A program made the translations under genes and the position numbers. 64,000 nucleotides of DNA from Fibrobacteria bacterium (GTDB lineage Bacteria > Fibrobacterota > Fibrobacteria > UBA11236 > JADFYW01), in assembly GCA_050294405.1 (NCBI GenBank), contig JBNKOC010000024.1, forward strand, positions 96,001 through 160,000. The letters run 5' to 3'. Below, piece by piece: positions 17,880 to 28,286 of this stretch; within the stretch, counting starts at the first letter, position 1, and every line of letters starts with the position of its first letter. The notes beneath the pieces were generated by a model. That model saw only the letters and a program-made list of their open reading frames with translations. It had not been told where the DNA came from and did not search any database.

Positions 17880-18789
17880 CCATCAATTGAATAAAGCAAT
17901 CCTCAATACTTGGCTCAATAAGCTTTATTTCCAGGTTTTGGTGTCCCTTGGATGCTAAATATTCAATTGTTTTATTTTCCAGAGTGCTATTATCCTCAGC
18001 AAATACCAAATGGTGATAATCCCCAAAGGGCTGACAGCTTTTAATAAAATCCAAGGTCCGTAAGTCTTTTAACACGGGGCCCATATTATCAGCCTTTAAG
18101 GCCCATAAGGGACTTGCAAAATTTTCAATGATTCCCGTTGGGCTATCCACCGATAGTATTTTCCCATTTTGGATAAGGGCAATACGTTCACACAAGGTGG
18201 CCTCGTCCATATATGGGGTCGAAACAAAAATGGTAATTCCCTGTCTCTTTAAATCTCCTAGCATTTTCCAAAATTCTTTACGGGATACTGCATCTACTCC
18301 TGTGGTGGGTTCGTCCAGGAATAAGACGCTTGGCCGGTGAATAAGGGCGCAACAAAGGGCTAACTTTTGTTTCATACCCCCGGATAATTTTCCCGCCCTC
18401 CGGTTTTTAAAAGGCTCAATTTGAATGTATATATCATTGATTAAGTCCCTATTTTCCGTAATAGTAGTTCCAAAAACAGTGGCAAAAAAATTTAAGTTTT
18501 CCTCTACGGATAAATCGGGATATAAAGAAAATTTTCCGGGCATATAACCCACAGTCTTGCGAATTTTTTTATAGTCCTTGACAATATCATAACCTGTGAC
18601 ACTTGCCTTTCCCGAATCCGGCAACAAGAGGGTTGTTAACATTCGAAATAAACTTGTTTTTCCGGCGCCATCAGGTCCAATCAGACCGAATAATTCACCT
18701 TTTTCCACAAGAAGATTTATCCCATCCACCGCAGGGCTTTCGCTGCCCGGATAGCTTTTTCTAATGTTTTCTATTGCAATATCTGCCAT
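17863..18789 (-). CDS. ABC transporter ATP-binding protein
   Basis: GPDGAGKTS; LSGGMKQ; FLDEPT. Confidence 0.95.
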   Translation of the reverse strand: MADIAIENIRKSYPGSESPAVDGINLLVEKGELFGLIGPDGAGKTSLFRMLTTLLLPDSGKASVTGYDIVKDYKKIRKTVGYMPGKFSLYPDLSVEENLNFFATVFGTTITENRDLINDIYIQIEPFKNRRAGKLSGGMKQKLALCCALIHRPSVLFLDEPTTGVDAVSRKEFWKMLGDLKRQGITIFVSTPYMDEATLCERIALIQNGKILSVDSPTGIIENFASPLWALKADNMGPVLKDLRTLDFIKSCQPFGDYHHLVFAEDNSTLENKTIEYLASKGHQNLEIKLIEPSIEDCFIQLMDEPNG

Positions 18790-19694
18790 TAGAATTTCAC
18801 TTCACCATACATGCCCAGCTTAAACTGCCCCTGGTTTGGAACTTTTATTTTGGTGGCGTAGACCAGATTGGCCCGTTCATTTTTAGTTTGGATAGTTTTT
18901 GGAGTAAACTCCGCCTGTTCACTTATCCACATAAGTTTCCCCTTGTTTTCTGAAAATCCCCCTGATCCATCATCGGCATATACGTTAACCTCTTGTCCTA
19001 ATTTAATTTTAGGCAATTGATCATTGCTAACATAGGCTCTTAGTATCAGCGCCGACACATTGGCAATTTTAAACAATGGCATTCCTGGAGCTGCCATTTC
19101 ATGCTGGCGCACAAAGTTGGTTAAAATAGTTCCATCTATGGGTGCTTTAATGATGCTTCGTTCAATTTGATCTTGAATTTGCGCAATTTGAAATTCCAAT
19201 GGGGCCGATTCTTTTTCAATTCCTTCCGAACTGATATCTAAGGAAGATTTCATTGCTGTAATTTGTTTTTGTAAAACAGAAATAGAACTATTGATATCGT
19301 CCAATTGCTTTTGCCCGGCCACTTTAGCTTCAACCAGGTTTTCAATGCGTTTTTTATCTTTTTTTGCTGTGCTCAGTTGTTCCCTAAGGGAAGCTAATTG
19401 CACTTTTTTATCAGGCTTTCGGCTGAGCACGGCCTCAATCTGAGCCTCTAACTGCTTCTTTTTTAAGTGAAGTGGCAGCGTATCAATTATGCCAATCACA
19501 TTGCCTTTTTTTACTAATGCTCCTTCTTCTAAATTCCATGTTTTTAGTACCCCAGCTGTTTGGGCCGATATAATAGTTTCCTCAGCTTCAAATGCGCCGG
19601 AAGCATCAAATTGCAGGCTGGAATCTTCACAAGCAAATAAAAATAAGCCTATTAATGGAATTAGTTTTAAACAATGTTTGGGAAAGTTATTCAC
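18789..19694 (-). CDS. HlyD family periplasmic adaptor lipoprotein (YbhG-like)
   Basis: LFA-C lipobox; DASGAFEA; coiled coil; AEFTPKTIQT; GTG 19694 with GGAGG RBS. Confidence 0.9.
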   Translation of the reverse strand: MNNFPKHCLKLIPLIGLFLFACEDSSLQFDASGAFEAEETIISAQTAGVLKTWNLEEGALVKKGNVIGIIDTLPLHLKKKQLEAQIEAVLSRKPDKKVQLASLREQLSTAKKDKKRIENLVEAKVAGQKQLDDINSSISVLQKQITAMKSSLDISSEGIEKESAPLEFQIAQIQDQIERSIIKAPIDGTILTNFVRQHEMAAPGMPLFKIANVSALILRAYVSNDQLPKIKLGQEVNVYADDGSGGFSENKGKLMWISEQAEFTPKTIQTKNERANLVYATKIKVPNQGQFKLGMYGEVKF

Positions 19695-20949
19695 TGGCCC
19701 CTCCTGTGGTAATCTGATATTGAAATTGAGCTGCAAGCAATTGAATATCGTGTATTATTTTTGCTTGCCTGGCCTTATCTTCATCATTAACAAAACGGAT
19801 GTAATCATTGGCCGATAGCACTCCGTTTTTCAGTTGTAATTGAGCTCTGTTTTTAATGGTTTTTCGAAGTTCAATTATTTCCAGGTCTTTACTTAGCAGG
19901 TTTTGAAATTTTTGAATTTCACTATTTTGTTGCCTGGTCTGAAACTCAATATTGTAATCAAAGATTTGGCGCTGTACTTCTAAAGATTTTTGGCTTAACT
20001 CCAAAAGTCTTTTGTTACTGCCCGAAGTGTAAAATGGCTGCAGATTCCAGCTTAATTTTGCTCCGACCACATAATAAATGTCAAAATCATCATTTAACAT
20101 ATTTAGGCCAGGACGCCCATACCCCCCTTGCAAGAAGATTCCGGCTTGCGGAATTAGTTTTGCATTTATAAGGTCTTTCTTGGATTCAATCAGCTCATGC
20201 TTAACGTCAAACATTTGCTGTTCAGGTCTTTGGGCTGTCTTACTTGAATTGGGAGCTTCAGGAGCTTTCAATTCAACCATTGAATCTAAACTTTTTCCAA
20301 TAAGTTGGGAAAGCATATCTACATAACCTTCCCTAAGGGTTTTCCACTCAATAATTTTTTGCTCCACATTTAATAATTCAGCCTGAATCATATCTAAATC
20401 ATTTTCAGAAGCCATTCCGTTATTAAGAGATACTTCGATGTTTTGCACACCAACTTTTAAATCTTTGGTGAGGTAATCGCTTTGGGCAATTTGAGCTGTT
20501 ATTGTCAGTATCCCAAAGTATATTCCATTCACTCTTTCTTTAAGTTTATAAAACTCTATTTCGGACTCTTTTTTGTTTAGCTCAGCCTCTAGTCGGGTTT
20601 CCTTTTTTGACTTGTTAATGTGATAAAAGTTGGTTAAAGGCTGATACAATTCCCCATAAATTTTGTATTGATCTTTACTTATAGGTTCTACAGAAAACAT
20701 AGGGGAAGAAATAGGCAAGGAAGTGACATCTGATAGATAATTCGCCTGTGCATTTAAGTTAATTTGAGGTAAATATCCCTTTGTAGCATTTCCGAGAGTA
20801 TAATCCCTCGATTTTTCAATAATGTCCATTTGCTTGATTAGCGGAAAGTTTTCCCGCGCCAGAGCTTGGCATTCACTTAAGCTGATACTCGTACTTCCAA
20901 AGGAAAGCAATGGGAATAATATCAACAAAGACCAAAAAATATTTGTCAT
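19687..20949 (-). CDS. TolC family outer membrane efflux protein
   Basis: Signal peptide from MTNIFW (ATGA overlap with the tetR stop); GYLPQINL; GGYGRPGLNML. Confidence 0.88.
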   Translation of the reverse strand: MTNIFWSLLILFPLLSFGSTSISLSECQALARENFPLIKQMDIIEKSRDYTLGNATKGYLPQINLNAQANYLSDVTSLPISSPMFSVEPISKDQYKIYGELYQPLTNFYHINKSKKETRLEAELNKKESEIEFYKLKERVNGIYFGILTITAQIAQSDYLTKDLKVGVQNIEVSLNNGMASENDLDMIQAELLNVEQKIIEWKTLREGYVDMLSQLIGKSLDSMVELKAPEAPNSSKTAQRPEQQMFDVKHELIESKKDLINAKLIPQAGIFLQGGYGRPGLNMLNDDFDIYYVVGAKLSWNLQPFYTSGSNKRLLELSQKSLEVQRQIFDYNIEFQTRQQNSEIQKFQNLLSKDLEIIELRKTIKNRAQLQLKNGVLSANDYIRFVNDEDKARQAKIIHDIQLLAAQFQYQITTGGASE

Positions 20950-21617
20950 GATTTCTTCCTTCTTTTGATTTGGGTCGAAGGTTTTAAAGCTGCAAACATC
21001 CACTGAGGTATTATTTTTTTACGCTCTTCCATAAGTTCGGAATAGGCCTTATCAGATAGGTTTCCAATTGCTTGAAACAATGTGGAACCAGCAAAAGGAA
21101 AAATGGTCATTCCGATGAGGTTCATCATCAGTTGAAGCGGATGTATGGAGATTATTTCTCCTTTTTTTACGGACTCTTGAATTTGCTTTAAAAATAAAGA
21201 ATTGGTATAAACTTTTTTAAACCCAATATTATTGGCAAAATTTTGTGGATTGCTCCTGAGCTCGGACAAAATAAATAAGGGTATATCACTATTTTTTTGC
21301 AAAAAATTAATGTAATTCACCACCAGGTTTTCAATTTTTTCAAAAAGCGAAGTTTCTGGCTGATTTAAAACCCCTTCCAGAGTGCCTAACATTCCCTTCA
21401 AAGATTCCATCATAATTATATCGAACAACTTTTTTTTGCTCCGGAAGTAATAGTTTAAAAGAGCCAAATTAATGCCGGCAGCAGAGGCTATGTCCCTGGT
21501 TCGTGTGGCTGAAAAGCCTTTTTTTTGAAAAACCTCCCTGGCAGCATTGATTATTTGTTGTTCGGTACTAAGGACTTTTGAAGTTTCTGCGCTATCGCTG
21601 GTGCGGGATTTTGCCAT
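20946..21617 (-). CDS. TetR/AcrR family regulator
   Basis: IINAAREVFQKKGFSATRTRDIASAAGINLALLNYYFRSK. Confidence 0.95.
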   Translation of the reverse strand: MAKSRTSDSAETSKVLSTEQQIINAAREVFQKKGFSATRTRDIASAAGINLALLNYYFRSKKKLFDIIMMESLKGMLGTLEGVLNQPETSLFEKIENLVVNYINFLQKNSDIPLFILSELRSNPQNFANNIGFKKVYTNSLFLKQIQESVKKGEIISIHPLQLMMNLIGMTIFPFAGSTLFQAIGNLSDKAYSELMEERKKIIPQWMFAALKPSTQIKRRKKS

Positions 21618-21654
21618 AATAGAGTTTATTTCCAGGTTTTTGCTATTTTTTTGA

Positions 21655-21713
21655 TTTAATCAATTAATTTAATCATTTGATTAAAATATAACACAAAAAA
21701 AAACCATTGTCAA
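21655..21713 (-). promoter_or_regulatory. sigma70 promoter with overlapping TetR operator
   Basis: TTGACA (21713-21708), 17 bp, TATATT (21690-21685) with TG extension; palindrome TTTAATCA-TT-TGATTAAA at 21668-21685 plus a tandem half-copy. Confidence 0.7.
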
Positions 21714-21765
21714 ATGGGCTTTTTAATATTCAACTATTTTATTCAAAAGGCAAAAAAAGCGTAAA

Positions 21766-22705
21766 TTAAATAACAAATACTTTAACCAATTCGTTTTTTC
21801 CGTAACTAATTACAAGTAAATGATAAACCCCGGAGCTAAAATTTTTCATGGAAATGCGGCCACTTCTTAGCTTTTGAGCACTAAGTAAACCGCCACCCAA
21901 AGAATAAATATGCGCCTCACCATTTAACCCCGCCTGATTAAGCACAGCAAAGTCATTTATAAATCTGGCACTCAGATTTATTGAACGATTGCTAATTCTG
22001 AGACTTTCAATTTCTGTGGAAGAATCCTCCAAGCTATATTGCTTAAAAAAGTTCCAGGCTTCAACGCTTGTGTTAATGGCCGATTGGGTATTCATGGGCC
22101 ATTCGTAGCCACCACCCTCCATGGCATCCTGAATTTGCGTTACACCATCCCTACAGTCTGTGTACATGGTCCTTGTAACTCTGGAGTTAGGCTTGTCAGA
22201 TGGGTAGGGATCTCCTGGGCACTCCCCGTTCAAAGCCGCAATTAGTATTATTAATTTTTCCTGAAACTGCGGCAACCGCGGCAAATGTATCTGAATATCG
22301 ACAGCCGATATTAAAAGTCATAAAGCCGCCCATACTAAACCCTGCAGCATATACTCTGTTTCTGTCCACATTGTGGCTTTCCACCAATACATCAATCACT
22401 TCCATTAAAAAATTGTAATCCGTTTCCCCGGCTAAATCCCATGCCCTATCTATGGCGTCCGGATACACCACAATGAACTTTTCATCATCGGCGACATCAT
22501 TAAAGCGGGTATAACCTACTTTCTGTTCCGCAGTCATGTTATAACCATGAATCATAAAAACAAGCGGAGGGTTTTCACCCACAGCGTCAGGAACATGAAG
22601 AATATAATGCCGTTCTACACCTTCAATATTAATACTTTGGTCTTGAGAAACAGCCAAACCGGCTGCTATCAGACACAATGCAATTGCCGTTTCTATTAGT
22701 TTCAT
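21766..22705 (-). pseudogene. secreted PHB-depolymerase/LpqC-type (CE1-like) esterase with internal deletion and frameshift
   Basis: ORF 22196-22705 has the signal peptide and GFSMGG; ORF 21766-22284 has the C-terminus and sorting tail; the HGxxD segment is missing; GGGYEWP instead of GGGHEWP. Confidence 0.8.
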
Positions 22706-22814
22706 GATATCCTTTCCACTCCGTCAGTTAGTAATTCCGGACAACCCTTTAGCTTTCTAAACTAAGGTCTGGCCGCAAAAACCGCCAGATAAAAAACCAA
22801 AACTTATCTATACC

Positions 22815-23939
22815 CTAATTTTTTGAAGACTCCAAAAAGTCCATATCTATTAATCCTGCGCGCTGTACAGGGAATCTTTGTACCTGTTTTCCATTAAGAT
22901 TATAAATTGCAGCATCCAGCTTTTTATCTTCCTGCAGGAAATTCGAATTTAGGCTTTTTTTTTTAGTTTTGCTTTCTAATATTGAGGTTACCATGCCATC
23001 AAAATGCAGAGCATCTAAATAAACACCATAGGGACTATTGCTCTTCCAATTATTGCAGCGCTCAATGGCGGTTCCCTCCCCCCACTCATTAAAGGTTGTG
23101 ATAAGCTGCCAGGGCTCGCCGGAAGTCACCATTTCCGCCACATTCTGAGTCCAGCGCAGTGGGTCTCTTTCCAGTAGAGGCTCTGCCTGGTCCGCCTTCC
23201 AAAACCCAGGTGCAATAACATAAGAATAGCCTGAATGCTGTTGAGCCGGGCTATCCGGGCCATATTGATGCCAGGTATCTGGTTGGAAAGTGCAATTCTC
23301 ATAACCTTCAATAATTTTCAAGCTCACATACCATTCCCCATTGGCTGCCTCTGTCCATCTATTAGCCACTTCGCAACTGTTATCATCGGCGTTGTAAACA
23401 AAAATTACTGGCTTATTATTAACATGGGCATAAACCTGATGAATAACATATTTCTCACGAATATATTTCAAATCCGTTTGTATTTCTTCCAAACTCGGAT
23501 TACCAAACCCTTCTTTTTCATAATACATGGCCCATTTTAAACCTGTGGCCGCTTCCTCAGTTTGATTTAAAATTATAGTTAATCGATTCGACTCCGAATG
23601 CTCATTAATGCCCCACCAGGAAGCAATTCCCAAGTTTATTTTGGCATACTCCATATCCTGAATATGTTGTTGAACAACCCTTAAATCTTCGCTGTAATAA
23701 TTGCCTAGATCCGGTTCATAAAAAACAGGAGAGTTGTTTACTCTCCATGTTTCCGGATACCAGGGATAATAAAAGGCTCCACGAACCGGAAAGCTAAGGG
23801 AGTTTCCGGAAGATTGGGCCAAAACCACCCTATTTCCCAATCCCAAAATAGGGCAAGAACCTATCAAAAGAAGTTTCCAACTCAATCTAATAAAGTATTT
23901 TGTGAGCCAAATTTTTGCAGCGGCAGTATGTGATTTCAT
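22815..23939 (-). CDS. GH99/GH71-like glycoside hydrolase
   Basis: AFYYPWYP; IASWWG; YYEKEG; ITTFNEWGEGT; IYNLNGKQV tail. Confidence 0.75.
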   Translation of the reverse strand: MKSHTAAAKIWLTKYFIRLSWKLLLIGSCPILGLGNRVVLAQSSGNSLSFPVRGAFYYPWYPETWRVNNSPVFYEPDLGNYYSEDLRVVQQHIQDMEYAKINLGIASWWGINEHSESNRLTIILNQTEEAATGLKWAMYYEKEGFGNPSLEEIQTDLKYIREKYVIHQVYAHVNNKPVIFVYNADDNSCEVANRWTEAANGEWYVSLKIIEGYENCTFQPDTWHQYGPDSPAQQHSGYSYVIAPGFWKADQAEPLLERDPLRWTQNVAEMVTSGEPWQLITTFNEWGEGTAIERCNNWKSNSPYGVYLDALHFDGMVTSILESKTKKKSLNSNFLQEDKKLDAAIYNLNGKQVQRFPVQRAGLIDMDFLESSKN

Positions 23940-24294
23940 TTGAATTGATATTTGGTTTCTAACTATAAAATAAGAAATTAAAGTAATTTTTTCTTTGTAT
24001 AAATTACCATTAAAATATTACGCATTCACAGACAATATAAGCCGAGAATATACAATTCCCAACCGGTTGCCTTAAATATCAACCTCTAAAAAGCCAAATG
24101 CTATTAAGCCATCCAATGATATTATTTTTCCAAAACAAGTAAGCCGTTTGAAATCTTTTTCTTCAGTTATTAAAATTATTTTCAAAGCTCCTAAGTAGCT
24201 TTAAATCCGGGACAACATATCAGGGGATAGCCCATTTTAATAGTGAGGAATGTTAATCCGGTCGCCCTTAAATAATATCAGTAAGGGAGAACTA

Positions 24295-26463
24295 ATGTTA
24301 AAGCTCATTTTTTGTTTTATTTTTGGAATAGTCGGTTTCCCCATGGCTCAGGATTGGATTCCCGAACAGGGAGCCTATTACCGCATAGTGTTTTTGCACA
24401 GTGGAAAATGCATCCGCCCCATAAATGCCTCTTTGGGAAATACAGAAGCAGAACAATGGGAAGTGAATCCAGCAGACGACACCCAGCTTTGGCGTTTTGA
24501 ACATGTTAATGGAGACTACTATGTAGGGGTAAACAAGGCCAGTGGAAAAGCTTTTGATATTTTTGACGCCAGCCCAAATGATATTGTCGGTGTTTGGACT
24601 CAGCACAACGGTTTAAACCAGCAGATTAGATTTTCAGCCAATGGCGCACCCAGCGGCTATTACTTTATGTTTGATAATCGGGAAAATAAGACTCTTGATG
24701 TTACTGGAGCCAGTCAGGCTAATGGAGCCAGAATAATATCCTATCCTCAAAAAAGCTATGGAATTGAAAATCAAGTGGTTCGCTTTGTTAAAGAAGAAAA
24801 TAATAATGTGACACCCGTTCCTGGTGGCATATATTCTGTAAAATATGTCCACAGTCAAAAATGTTTAGCCGTTGAAAATGCCAGCACCGCAAATGCCGCT
24901 AACGTTGAACAACAAACTTGCAGCGGTGGCTTGGAGCAAAAATTAAAACTCATAGAAGAAAATGGCTATTATGGTTTGGAATTTCAGCATAGCAATCAGA
25001 TGTTGGATATAGAAGGATTCAGTTATGCAAACGGGGCCAATGCCCTCCAATGGCCGTTAAAAACCTCTGGCGATAGAAGCAATCAACTTTTTCAATTAAT
25101 TGATTATGGGGATGGCACTTATAGCTTTGTTTACATGCACAGTGGCCAATGTGTGGACATTGCAGCAGTAAGCGCAGCAGATGGCGCCAATGTATTGCAA
25201 TGGCCATGTAAACCCTACCCTGATAATACAAACCAAAGGTTCATTTTTGTTTTAGATGAAAATACAATGGTGGACGCCCGCGATGGACAGAGCTATAAAA
25301 CCGCTATCATCGGCAACCAAACCTGGATGGCCGAAAATTTAAATTTTGATCCCGGATATGGAAGCGGACATTGGTGCTACGACAACGACCCTGCTAATTG
25401 CGATAATTATGGACGTCTGTATCAGTGGGGAGCGGCAATGGACTTGAACCCCGTCTATAGCGATGAAACCGAATGGTTTGGTTCTGATGTGGAACATCAG
25501 GGAGTATGTCCTGATGGCTGGCATATTCCGAGTGATGACGATTGGAAGAGCTTCGAGTTGGCTCTTGGTATGAGCCAAGCCGATGTGGATGCCACTGGCT
25601 TTAGAGGCACCAACCAGGGCAGCCAGTTAAAGGCCAGCTCGTTTAATGGAACAGACAATTATGGATTTGAGGCTTTGGGCCATGGATACTACCAAGGCTT
25701 TTACCAATACTTTTCAGCCATCGGTAGCACTTCGCCTTTTTGGACTTCTTCCAAAAGCAATATCAATGGAAACTCCAACTGGAGCGCCTGGTCCCGGGTT
25801 CTCAATTTAACAAGCAATCAAATTGTACGCAGCCATCAAAATAAAGATTTTGGGTATGCAGTGCGTTGTCTAAAACTAAGCTCTCAACCCACTTCTCATT
25901 TTACAGATTCCAGAGATAGCCAAATCTATAAAAAAGTTAGCATTGGAAATCAAACATGGATGGCGGAAAATCTGAATTACAACCCCTCTACAGGAACATC
26001 ACGTTGTCCCAATGACGACCCCGCTAATTGCGATATTTATGGTCGCATTTATTCCTGGGCAGATGTTATGGGGGTTTCTGGAACTTACAACAATTCTCTT
26101 TGGGGAGGCTCAGATGCTAACCACCAGGGAATATGCCCTCCAGGCTGGCGGGTACCCTCGGAATATGATTGGCAGCAATTAGAATCAGCTGTGGGCGGAT
26201 GGTTTTACGGGGGGCAAAAACTTAAAAAATACAGTCCCCTTTGGTTAACAGATCCCAACTTGCAGGTATCCAATTATCCCACAGATGACTATGGATTTGC
26301 AGCCCTTCCCGATTACAATTCAAACTTTGGTTTTTACTGGTTCGCCACTGAAAATTCAGCCACAACCGCTCAAGTCACCTATTTGTACGATATCATCAAT
26401 GAAATCAGATACACTAGTTTTGGTAAAAATAATGAAAAGGCATTGCGATGTATTGAAAATTAA
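24295..26463 (+). CDS. secreted protein with 2 ricin-B lectin and 2 FISUMP (Fib_succ_major) domains
   Basis: HSGKC/QxW ricin repeats; two DxRDxQxYKxxxIGNQTWMAENLN...YGRxY...GxCPxGWxxP...RC domains; AAGGGAG RBS before ATG 24295. Confidence 0.88.
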   Translation: MLKLIFCFIFGIVGFPMAQDWIPEQGAYYRIVFLHSGKCIRPINASLGNTEAEQWEVNPADDTQLWRFEHVNGDYYVGVNKASGKAFDIFDASPNDIVGVWTQHNGLNQQIRFSANGAPSGYYFMFDNRENKTLDVTGASQANGARIISYPQKSYGIENQVVRFVKEENNNVTPVPGGIYSVKYVHSQKCLAVENASTANAANVEQQTCSGGLEQKLKLIEENGYYGLEFQHSNQMLDIEGFSYANGANALQWPLKTSGDRSNQLFQLIDYGDGTYSFVYMHSGQCVDIAAVSAADGANVLQWPCKPYPDNTNQRFIFVLDENTMVDARDGQSYKTAIIGNQTWMAENLNFDPGYGSGHWCYDNDPANCDNYGRLYQWGAAMDLNPVYSDETEWFGSDVEHQGVCPDGWHIPSDDDWKSFELALGMSQADVDATGFRGTNQGSQLKASSFNGTDNYGFEALGHGYYQGFYQYFSAIGSTSPFWTSSKSNINGNSNWSAWSRVLNLTSNQIVRSHQNKDFGYAVRCLKLSSQPTSHFTDSRDSQIYKKVSIGNQTWMAENLNYNPSTGTSRCPNDDPANCDIYGRIYSWADVMGVSGTYNNSLWGGSDANHQGICPPGWRVPSEYDWQQLESAVGGWFYGGQKLKKYSPLWLTDPNLQVSNYPTDDYGFAALPDYNSNFGFYWFATENSATTAQVTYLYDIINEIRYTSFGKNNEKALRCIEN

Positions 26464-26488
26464 AATGGAAGCAGCTAATTACATTGAG

Positions 26489-26513
26489 AGAGGGCCTTTG
26501 GCCCTCTTTTTTT
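26489..26513 (+). terminator. intrinsic terminator
   Basis: AGAGGGCC-TTT-GGCCCTCT followed by a T run, between convergent genes. Confidence 0.8.
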
Positions 26514-26525
26514 ATATCAAAATAT

Positions 26526-28286
26526 TTATTTGGTCAGATATACTTTATGGCTTTGAACGTTATTACCCGCTTTAAATACAGCTAAATACAAACCAGCTTT
26601 AGCAGAAATTTCACTTCGATTTAAAGTGTAATTTCCAGCTTGCTGTTCTTCTGAAATAACATTTGCAGCAAGGCTTCCGTTTAAATTATAAAGTTTGAAG
26701 GAAACAAACTCAGGCTTTGGAAGATGGTAGCTTATATTTCCATTAGCCGAAACATCCAATTGAAAACTAACCGGCAAATTTATCTTAACATCTACGGCAG
26801 TTCCAGGAAAAGCAACTTCAGGAGCATTCCATAATTTTTCCAATAAGGTCATTTTCCTTTGATCCACGCCACTCCAGCTTCCCCAACCCTCTTTGTTGGA
26901 AACCGGGTCATAGGAAGAGCTATAAAGCCCATAAGTATCCGCAGATTCAGGATTAATGGACCAATAAAAAGAGTCATAAATTCCTTCACGCATCATATAA
27001 TCCACAAAGGCATTTTGCCATTGTTGATCAGTCGTTTTGTCTGTGAGGTAGCTGAACCTGGTTTGGTGACGGAGTTCGGATTTATTGGGCCAATCCATAT
27101 TTCCACCCCACTCGCCAATAGCAATAGCATAGCCCTTAGCCCGCAAATACCCAAAATGCTCATGCCAGCCCCTGTCTAAAATGCCTTGGTTAATAACGAT
27201 GTTACATTTAGTATCCCCAAAGGCCTCTCCATCCAAACCTGCGCATTCAGGTTGAGCGGTAAGATCCGCAAACATCTGTTGAACAAACACAGAAGGTCCA
27301 TAGGTATGAGGAGAATAAACAAGTTTGCTTTTAGGCATTGAGGGAGGCACCCAACCCGCCTCGTGTAAGTTTTCGCCCCAGTTAGGGTTTAGACTTAAAT
27401 CACCATGAGGACTGGGTATTGTGGTTTCGGGAGTGCCGTCTTGAGAACCACTGGAACTGCCTATACCCTGCGCAAATATAAGAATGTTAGGGTTCACGGC
27501 ACTTATGGCTGCATAGGCTTGGTCGATTAAAGAACGCCATTCTGCCCAACTATAATCCCAGGGTTCATTAAAAATGTCAATGCCCATAATATTGTCAACC
27601 CCGATCTCTGTTCCAAGAGTGGCCAGTTTTTGTAAATCCGCCAACCATTTCGTAACATCATAGGCCTGCACCGTGCTAACCGTACTGGGGTTTCCGGTTG
27701 CGGAACAAGAATACTCTTCACGGGTAAAATTATATTGTTCTCGATTTCCGTCTACATATGGAGGACGCGCATCCAGGCGACCAGCTCTCCAGCCAATATA
27801 ATTAGAGCAAGAATGCATATCTAACATAACATATAATCCGGCATCTGAAAGAGCTTTAATTGTTTGTTTTAAAGCTGTAAAGGCGCCTTCTATTCTTACT
27901 GATTCGGCATTTTTTAAATTGGGACTTTTGCCTTGGGGATTATTATCATCCAAAGTTTGAGGAGCCACTGGCAATCTTATACTATTGAAACCCAAATTCT
28001 TAATTTCCACAGCATCATCTTCCAAAGTTCTGCCACTTTCATTCCAAAACATATTTCCGATATACATTTCCATGGGAGCGCCATTGGGATTTGTGGCGTC
28101 ATCAGGTGATTCGTGACGGCCTTCCAGTCCGAACCAGGAGCCACCTTTTATCCGAAAAATCTGCCCATTTAATGTGATATTGCCTTTGTCATCTACAGCC
28201 CATACATTTTGGGCTTGTACTGCGGAGCAAAAGGCGACTGATAAAATTATTGCAAAAGATATTGCACTGTTCCTTATGGATATCAT
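26526..28286 (-). CDS. GH5 glycoside hydrolase (cellulase family) with T9SS-type C-terminal domain
   Basis: GGSWFGLEG; FNSIRLP; FNEP acid/base; YSPHTYGP; IGEWGG nucleophile; LYNLNG...GLYL tail. Confidence 0.9.
   Translation of the reverse strand: MISIRNSAISFAIILSVAFCSAVQAQNVWAVDDKGNITLNGQIFRIKGGSWFGLEGRHESPDDATNPNGAPMEMYIGNMFWNESGRTLEDDAVEIKNLGFNSIRLPVAPQTLDDNNPQGKSPNLKNAESVRIEGAFTALKQTIKALSDAGLYVMLDMHSCSNYIGWRAGRLDARPPYVDGNREQYNFTREEYSCSATGNPSTVSTVQAYDVTKWLADLQKLATLGTEIGVDNIMGIDIFNEPWDYSWAEWRSLIDQAYAAISAVNPNILIFAQGIGSSSGSQDGTPETTIPSPHGDLSLNPNWGENLHEAGWVPPSMPKSKLVYSPHTYGPSVFVQQMFADLTAQPECAGLDGEAFGDTKCNIVINQGILDRGWHEHFGYLRAKGYAIAIGEWGGNMDWPNKSELRHQTRFSYLTDKTTDQQWQNAFVDYMMREGIYDSFYWSINPESADTYGLYSSSYDPVSNKEGWGSWSGVDQRKMTLLEKLWNAPEVAFPGTAVDVKINLPVSFQLDVSANGNISYHLPKPEFVSFKLYNLNGSLAANVISEEQQAGNYTLNRSEISAKAGLYLAVFKAGNNVQSHKVYLTK

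Noticed and set aside
22706..22800. Hairpins upstream of the esterase pseudogene as a riboswitch
   Set aside because: No recognisable aptamer consensus; may terminate the GH99-like gene
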